Shown here: piece by piece, positions 57,834 to 64,000 of the stretch
Position numbering within the stretch: position 1 is the stretch's first letter
Layout of the letters: the number at the start of each line of letters is the position of its first letter
Source: a bacterium
GTDB taxonomy: Bacteria > Hinthialibacterota > Hinthialibacteria > Hinthialibacterales > Hinthialibacteraceae
NCBI GenBank assembly: GCA_963662285.2
Contig: CAXXMV010000006.1
Span: 1,792,001 to 1,856,000 of the forward strand
Direction of reading: 5' to 3'
DNA: 64,000 bases
The notes under the pieces: model-generated
What the model was told of the DNA's origin: nothing
Databases searched by the model: none
Seen by the model: the letters and a program-made list of their open reading frames with translations, nothing else
Translations under genes and position numbers: made by a program

Positions 57834-60437
57834 TTAATGCAGCATCCAACTATTAACAGAAACAGCGCTTCCATCGAACTGTGGATTATTGAATAATCCT
57901 TGCGATGTGGCGCCGGATGTATGCGAAGTAACCGCAATACCCAAATAAATGGGATCAGTCATGGCAACTTCATATTCATACTGCAACCTGTCTTCACCGT
58001 CATAGACATACCAGAGAGTAAATAGATCGTCTTCACGGGTTATTTTGATTGTACCGCCACGGGTTAGATCTGATTCGGCTGGATTCGTAATACCCGCTGA
58101 ATCGGGATCATAATCCGGATTCCAAACATCCACGTTTGTCTCCGAACCATCCGTCGAGGCCGCATCCACGCCATCGGAGTCACGCCATTGCAACAACAAC
58201 GCCTGATCCGAACTGCGGATCGCGCCGATTACATAGGCCGAAGAAGCAGTCAATTCCTGGCGAACCATGATACCCATTTTCTGCCAATCATTGCTGCTGG
58301 GATTCGTGCCATAGGCTCCGATGTACGGATCGTCTATGCTGAACGTAAAATCGCCGGATACGCGCATCCATAGGTAATGGAAATTATCCGCTGTACCCCA
58401 GATATCCGCTCCGCTGCCGACAACCTGGTAAGCATCTCCATTAATATTGATATTACCTGCTGCGCCAGGATCACCGATATCATCATGTCCCTGGAAAATA
58501 CCCATATTTTCAACTTCAACCGGAAGAGAGGTAAGTCCCGTTTCGCCGGTATATTCATTGCCATCATCATAGGTTCCGCTTAGTTCCACAAAACTTTCCG
58601 CGAAATCAGATGGGACATCCACGGTAAATGATAACGCAACAGTCCCTTCCGCACCGGCGAGTTCCCATTTAATGGCTGAACCATCGTCTGTAGCGGTTCC
58701 CGCATTGGCGGTCAAACCGGATATGGTCGTACCAGCCTGATACTTCTCAATGATTGTGGCTTTGCCGGGAGTTCCTTCACGAATATCCACGGTAATTTCT
58801 ACATCCACGGAACTGCCCGTTTTTACAGATTCGGCCTCAATTGTTTTGATAACCTGCATCGGATAAAGAGTAATTTCCAAATTATCATACTCACCCACTG
58901 AATATAAACCATCATCATGCGATGTGATTGACAGGCCGACATAAACTGGATCGGTCAACTGAATGGTTTGTTCGGAACTCAAAACCCACTCGCCATCATC
59001 GCCTATGTAATAGGCTTTGACATTTTGACCGGAACGCACGAGACGGACATCGCCTATCTCATAGTCACTGGCGCCGACATTATATGACGTTGCATTTTGT
59101 TCTGTTCGCCATTGCGCATCATACTGCCCGTCAAAGGCGCGGGTCAGAGAATGCATGTGAGGCGAACCGGCGGTCAGGTTGTCACGCACCATCAAACCGG
59201 CTTTGGACCATTCGCTTGTAGCATCGTCGTTGTAGCTCCAAACATTGGCTTGAATACTGAAAGCGCCAGACAGTTTCTTGTAAACGAAATGGAACTCATC
59301 AGCATTGCCCCAAATATCGGCGCCGCTTCCTGTAGTCCAATACCGGTTTAAGTCTTCTATATATTCAGCATCGCCAGCTGCTCCAACATCACCGACATCC
59401 AGATGATGATCGAAAATTCCGATTGGTTGAGGAGCGGTTAATGAACTATCCCCGAAAATGGAGGCATCGTCCACCATACCAGAGAACAAAACATCTTCGG
59501 TAGTTCCATCAGGAGGAGTAACAACATACGAAACCGCTTGGGCTTCGTTCAAATTCCATGTGATGGTTCCATCGCTTTCCGAACCGCCATCTGAAATATC
59601 GCTCACAATCCATCCAGCAGGAGGGGTTTCTGTAACAGTCAATGCGCCAGTACCGCCGCCCACAGTGATGTATACGGTGATCGGGTCGCCCGAGATATAC
59701 ACGGGATCATCCTGAGAGAACGTCCGCGCGCCCGCCGCTGTCACGGTTTCAGAAAACTGAACATCCGTTACGGTGGCTTCGGCCAGTAATTCGTTATCCA
59801 CGTGGTTGGTAATGACTAAACCAAAGGCGATAGAATCCTCGAAGGTCATCTCCTGTCCATGCGAGAAAACCCAGTTGGTTCCATCCAGGGAATATTCACT
59901 GATCACAAAACCGGTATCCGCCAAACGGGAAACCCGCAGCCAGACTCCATCACCAGGATCGCCAATAGAAACGCCATTAGCCTGAATTTCCACATTGTTA
60001 GAACTGCCGCTTTCAGCAATCCGCCACTGCGCGTCAATCCGATCGCCCAGGTTGGCGTCATCCGAGCCGGAGCGCAATTCAGTCCAATAATGACGCGATG
60101 TGGAAGAACCACCGTCTTCGCGCATCATAACGCCAACTTTGGCCCATTCGTTATCGCCGCCGCGGTCGTTCCATTTAACTTTTCCACTTAGCGAGCATGT
60201 GCCGGTTTTCTCTGTATACACAAAGAAACCCTCGTCTTGAGTGCCCCAAATGTCGTCTCCATTTCCCTGTATGGTATATTCATCACCGGAAACAGAAACG
60301 CCGCCTTCAGCTTTATAATCAGTAACCATTCCCCAATCAGCAGTCTGATCGAATATGCCATACTGAGCAAAAGCTTGACTCCCTGCCATTAGAATCACAA
60401 ATGACAGCCCTAGAAAAATGTGTATTTTTCTTCTCAT
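57834..60437 (-). CDS. Secreted multi-domain protein with three DUF1349/ConA-like repeats and two Ig-like spacers
   Basis: Signal peptide; three units GIF…D.G…GxGxDIWG..D.F.F/Y…K.G.M.R…QWR…Y.G.A.T(S/N)H. Confidence 0.8.
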   Translation of the reverse strand: MRRKIHIFLGLSFVILMAGSQAFAQYGIFDQTADWGMVTDYKAEGGVSVSGDEYTIQGNGDDIWGTQDEGFFVYTEKTGTCSLSGKVKWNDRGGDNEWAKVGVMMREDGGSSTSRHYWTELRSGSDDANLGDRIDAQWRIAESGSSNNVEIQANGVSIGDPGDGVWLRVSRLADTGFVISEYSLDGTNWVFSHGQEMTFEDSIAFGLVITNHVDNELLAEATVTDVQFSETVTAAGARTFSQDDPVYISGDPITVYITVGGGTGALTVTETPPAGWIVSDISDGGSESDGTITWNLNEAQAVSYVVTPPDGTTEDVLFSGMVDDASIFGDSSLTAPQPIGIFDHHLDVGDVGAAGDAEYIEDLNRYWTTGSGADIWGNADEFHFVYKKLSGAFSIQANVWSYNDDATSEWSKAGLMVRDNLTAGSPHMHSLTRAFDGQYDAQWRTEQNATSYNVGASDYEIGDVRLVRSGQNVKAYYIGDDGEWVLSSEQTIQLTDPVYVGLSITSHDDGLYSVGEYDNLEITLYPMQVIKTIEAESVKTGSSVDVEITVDIREGTPGKATIIEKYQAGTTISGLTANAGTATDDGSAIKWELAGAEGTVALSFTVDVPSDFAESFVELSGTYDDGNEYTGETGLTSLPVEVENMGIFQGHDDIGDPGAAGNININGDAYQVVGSGADIWGTADNFHYLWMRVSGDFTFSIDDPYIGAYGTNPSSNDWQKMGIMVRQELTASSAYVIGAIRSSDQALLLQWRDSDGVDAASTDGSETNVDVWNPDYDPDSAGITNPAESDLTRGGTIKITREDDLFTLWYVYDGEDRLQYEYEVAMTDPIYLGIAVTSHTSGATSQGLFNNPQFDGSAVSVNSWMLH

Positions 60438-60811
60438 AATTAACCTCTCTAATATAGTTGTTGAAATGGAATACGTAATGAATCCATACATAAATTCTAA
60501 ATCAATTGGTAGTAATATAATTGAAGTAAATGAACATAATGCTAATAGGCATAATAAATCATTGTACCCTTTTACACAATAACGTTAATCTAAAAATCTA
60601 CCCCAGATTAAATGTCGCCAAATAAATCGGGTGGGAGATAAAGACGCTGCTACCGTTATCCTGATACATTTCCAAGCGTGAACCTTTTCCAAGTTGCGTT
60701 TCATCAGTTTTTTGACGCGCCTATCCATACTCTCACGGATTATGTCAGTTTCCATCATAGGTAGGTGTAGGTAACTCAACTTTTAAGTCGATGCTACCTG
60801 CCGTGCGTACT

Positions 60812-60849
60812 AAAAAAATCCCTCAGTAAATTATATACCGAGGGATTTT
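60812..60849 (-). terminator. Terminator after trpB2
   Basis: AAAATCCCTC…GAGGGATTTT with U run on the minus strand. Confidence 0.75.
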
Positions 60850-60868
60850 ATAGTATTTAGTGGAATTA

Positions 60869-62224
60869 CTAGCCGATTTTGGGAAGGTTGGCTAATGCTT
60901 CTTTGATTTTCTCTAATGGATATTCGTAATCTTGTATATCACCAGCCAGGAATCGATCATAAGACGCCATATCGAAATGTCCATGTCCACTGAAGTTAAA
61001 GAAGATAGTCTTTTCTTTGCCTTCTTCTTTAGCTTTCAAGGCTTCTTCGATTACTGCTGCAATGGCATGCGAGGTTTCCGGGGCTGGAATGATGCCTTCG
61101 GTGCATGCAAAAGTGAGGGCTGCTTTGAAGGCAGCGGTCTGATGAACGGCGCGCGGCTCGATAAGGCCTTCTTCAATGGCTGCTGACACGAGAGGAGCGC
61201 ATCCATGATAGCGTAAACCGCCAGCGTGGATGCCAGGCGGTACGAAATCGTGTCCCAAAGTGTGCATGCGCATGAGAGGAGTCATTTTGGCTGTGTCGCC
61301 AAAGTCGTAAGTGAGCTCGCCCTTGGTCATAGTCGGGCAGGCATAAGGTTCAACAGCGATTATTTTGATATCCTGACCATGAGCCTTATCAACCACATAA
61401 GGGAAAGCGGCGCCAGCGAAGTTGCTTCCGCCGCCTACGCATCCAATAACGATATTGGGAGAATCTTCAACCATATCGAATTGTTTTTTGGCTTCAAGAC
61501 CAATGATGGTTTGATGATGAAGAACGTGATTCAGCACGCTGCCCAGAGCATATTTGGTATCATCATGCATTGCCGCATCTTCAACCGCTTCACTGATGGC
61601 CATGCCGAGGCTGCCCGGAGTATCAGGGTCTTTTTCTAACATAGCGCGTCCGGCATTGGTTTGATTGGATGGGCTGGGGAAAATTTCCGCTCCCCAAGTG
61701 TTGATCATTGATTTACGGTATGGTTTTTGTTCATAACTGATTTTTACCATATAGACAGTGCATTCCAAGCCGAAATGGTTGCAGGCGTATGATAAAGCGC
61801 TGCCCCACTGCCCTGCTCCAGTTTCTGTGGAAAGACGTTTAACGCCTTCTTGCTTGTTGTAGTAAGCTTGAGCAACAGCCGTATTTGGCTTGTGACTTCC
61901 CGCAGGACTTAGGCTCTCGTTTTTGAAATAAATCTTGGCTGGAGTTCCCAAGGCTTTTTCAAGATTATATGCGCGCACTAAAGTCGTAGGACGCCATAAT
62001 GAGAGAACATCAAGGATTTCTTCGGGAATATCGATCCATGGATCGGGGCTCATTTCTTGTTGAAGCAAACTCATAGGGAAAAGTACGGCCATTTTCTCAG
62101 GCGCCATTGGTTCACCCGATGAAGGATCGAGATAGGGAGCCGGTGGGTTTTTCAAATATGGAGTAAGATTCAACCATTTCTTAGGTATTTGATCTTCGCT
62201 GAGTACAATTCGTCTATGCAACAT
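60869..62224 (-). CDS. trpB2: TrpB-like PLP enzyme (TrpB2)
   Basis: [44 protein letters not shown]; no trpA adjacent. Confidence 0.95.
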   Translation of the reverse strand: MLHRRIVLSEDQIPKKWLNLTPYLKNPPAPYLDPSSGEPMAPEKMAVLFPMSLLQQEMSPDPWIDIPEEILDVLSLWRPTTLVRAYNLEKALGTPAKIYFKNESLSPAGSHKPNTAVAQAYYNKQEGVKRLSTETGAGQWGSALSYACNHFGLECTVYMVKISYEQKPYRKSMINTWGAEIFPSPSNQTNAGRAMLEKDPDTPGSLGMAISEAVEDAAMHDDTKYALGSVLNHVLHHQTIIGLEAKKQFDMVEDSPNIVIGCVGGGSNFAGAAFPYVVDKAHGQDIKIIAVEPYACPTMTKGELTYDFGDTAKMTPLMRMHTLGHDFVPPGIHAGGLRYHGCAPLVSAAIEEGLIEPRAVHQTAAFKAALTFACTEGIIPAPETSHAIAAVIEEALKAKEEGKEKTIFFNFSGHGHFDMASYDRFLAGDIQDYEYPLEKIKEALANLPKIG

Positions 62225-62597
62225 ATTTCCTACCTCTGTTCAAGAATTTCCCTTAATTGCCACCGGTTAATAATTTGAATGGTGGTTGAAATAAGGGTGA
62301 AAAAATAAGTTACACAACATTACATGAACCAAAGTAGATTGCATAGAGGAAAGGATGATTATGAGTAAAATTTTTACGCCCTTTTTGCAAAGAACAAGCA
62401 TTGTGACTGTAACTTGTTGTAAGATAAGATATATTTGCGCCTTTTACCAATAGTCAATGATAAGAATTGTTCAAAACTATATTGTCAAAATGCTGGTCTA
62501 ATAAATTGATTTATGTTAGAGTAATTTTCATCAATAGAAATAAGCCAAAAGACATGAAATGCGGATTAATCGGTAAAAAAATAAAGGGAGATTTCAA

Positions 62598-64000
62598 ATG
62601 ATTAAACGATCAATTATAAAAATAACCGTTTTTGTATCATTTTTTTGTATTTTTTTAACCGCATCATTGGCTGATGCTCCAGAACCAACGTTTGATCAAC
62701 CCAATAATATACGTACATATCTTACAAAAGCAGCAAGCAAAATTACGCATGATTCATTAAGCAATATAAAAACATTATCAGATTGGAAAGAAGTACGGGA
62801 CGAGCGTTATAATCAATTTATCGAAATGATGGGTTTAACCGATGTGCCTTTGCAGGGTGAACGTCCTCCGCTTAATGTTCAGATTGTTGGAACTATGCAA
62901 CAAAAGGGCTATAAAATAGTCAAACTTTATTATGAATCGCTGCCTGATTTGTACGTTCCCGCTGATTTATATATTCCCGATAATATTACCAAACCGGTAC
63001 CCGCCGTATTATACGTTTGCGGGCATTCACGCACTCAGAAAGTACATTATCAGGCTCATCCGAGAAAATGGGCGCAGTTAGGATTCGTTTGCCTTATTAT
63101 TGAAACCATTCAATGGCACGAAGTGTTGGGGGAACATTGGGGCTGTTATGCGCGAGGTTGGTTCAATTGGTACAGTAGAGGTTATAATCCCGGCGGCGTT
63201 GAATTGTGGAATGCCATCCGGGGTCTTGATCTTCTCTGCCAAAGAAAAGAAGTTGATGCCTCTCGTCTTGGAGTAACCGGCATATCCGGCGGCGGTTCGC
63301 AGAGTTTTTATATTGCAGCGGCTGATCCCCGAATTAAAGTAGCTGCGCCGGTATGCGGCGGATGCACCCTTGAAGCGCAAGTCGGTCAGCATGTTTTGGA
63401 TGGACATTGCGATTGTATGATGCCTATTAACACATACTTGATAGATTTCCATGATATCGGGGCCTTGGTAGCGCCACGGCCATTTATGATTGCTCAGGCC
63501 AATCGAGACGGCCTGAATCCGATTGAATCCACCAGACAAACCTATCAGTATATTAATAATATCTACGATCTATATGGAGCAGGTGAAAATTGCGTCTTTG
63601 TAGAGACTCCCGGCCCTCATTCATATCATGAAATTTCACGAACTCGTATTTTTTCATTTTTCATTAAGCATTTGATGGGTAAAGATGTTCCGCCTGAAGA
63701 GGTTGGTGATATTGATGAGTCAGACAGCGCCATGTTGTCGGTTGAAGAACTGAGTATATATAACGGCAAGCCGCCGGAAGATGACCGGACGACAACCATC
63801 CAGGATTCATTCCAAACAATGGCTCAACCTCCAGTGATCAAAAACATGGCGGAACTGTTAATCCATAAGAAGAAAGTCAAGCATTTTTTGAAAGAAAAAA
63901 CCTTCCGCGCCTTCCCGGCGGTTTCTGGAGAATTGGATATAAAAAAAGAGTATCGCGCTCATGAAGGCAGTGGAGGCAACGTTGTTTATAGTTTTACTCC
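62598..64000 (+). CDS. Secreted acetylxylan-esterase-like alpha/beta hydrolase (3'-partial; absent from the ORF track)
   Basis: ATG 62598 after GGGAG; MIKRSIIKITVF… signal, YYESLP..YVPA.LY.P, PAVLYVCGH, GVTGISGGG; appears to continue to the window end. Confidence 0.85.
   Translation, partial: MIKRSIIKITVFVSFFCIFLTASLADAPEPTFDQPNNIRTYLTKAASKITHDSLSNIKTLSDWKEVRDERYNQFIEMMGLTDVPLQGERPPLNVQIVGTMQQKGYKIVKLYYESLPDLYVPADLYIPDNITKPVPAVLYVCGHSRTQKVHYQAHPRKWAQLGFVCLIIETIQWHEVLGEHWGCYARGWFNWYSRGYNPGGVELWNAIRGLDLLCQRKEVDASRLGVTGISGGGSQSFYIAAADPRIKVAAPVCGGCTLEAQVGQHVLDGHCDCMMPINTYLIDFHDIGALVAPRPFMIAQANRDGLNPIESTRQTYQYINNIYDLYGAGENCVFVETPGPHSYHEISRTRIFSFFIKHLMGKDVPPEEVGDIDESDSAMLSVEELSIYNGKPPEDDRTTTIQDSFQTMAQPPVIKNMAELLIHKKKVKHFLKEKTFRAFPAVSGELDIKKEYRAHEGSGGNVVYSFT

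Noticed and set aside
60655-60710. Hammerhead ribozyme (CTGATGA…GAAA on minus strand), 6S RNA or SAM riboswitch
   Set aside because: Stem II does not close next to the core, and no end-to-end 6S pairing or full SAM-I consensus could be built.
63078-63539. 153-aa minus-strand ORF and other antisense ORFs in the track (e.g. 29672..30286, 47992..48570, 20051..20485)
   Set aside because: Shadow ORFs opposite well-supported genes.
1-64000. CRISPR array / cas genes
   Set aside because: No regularly spaced direct repeats with unique spacers; the repeats seen are REP-like palindromes or attC sites.

Overview
Bacterial chromosomal window, about 40% GC by eye, from a diderm organism (lptF/lptG, Kdo-pathway isomerase, Tat and lipoprotein signals). 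The pilin motif AIAVPNFLNAQVRAK and the style of the secreted proteins suggest a Hinthialibacterota/OLB16- or Sumerlaeota-like candidate lineage; this is inference only. The backbone carries gatA, a LMW-phosphatase/RpiB fusion, glyA, nrdR, engB, murB, adk, ilvD, lptF/G, dtd, trpB2, tRNA-Trp(CCA) and many secreted hydrolases. The most notable feature is an integrase-less integron cassette array on the minus strand (~8745-11990). It has a Pc-like promoter, an attI-like site, four cassettes of unknown genes and four attC sites (two normal, one short, one truncated). It lies between a HigBA module and tRNA-Trp and is bracketed by two identical 31-bp GTAG-family REP copies in direct orientation, one of which abuts the truncated last attC. 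Other observations: a DUF1778/GNAT TA module enclosed by a 165-bp duplication of a sulfatase promoter/Tat-signal region; several REP/REPIN families without a RAYT gene; four genes split by net +1 frameshifts (including lptG); a secreted orphan trio; tandem membrane-anchored paralogues; and a candidate structured RNA. No CRISPR array, rRNA or intact transposase/integrase was seen.
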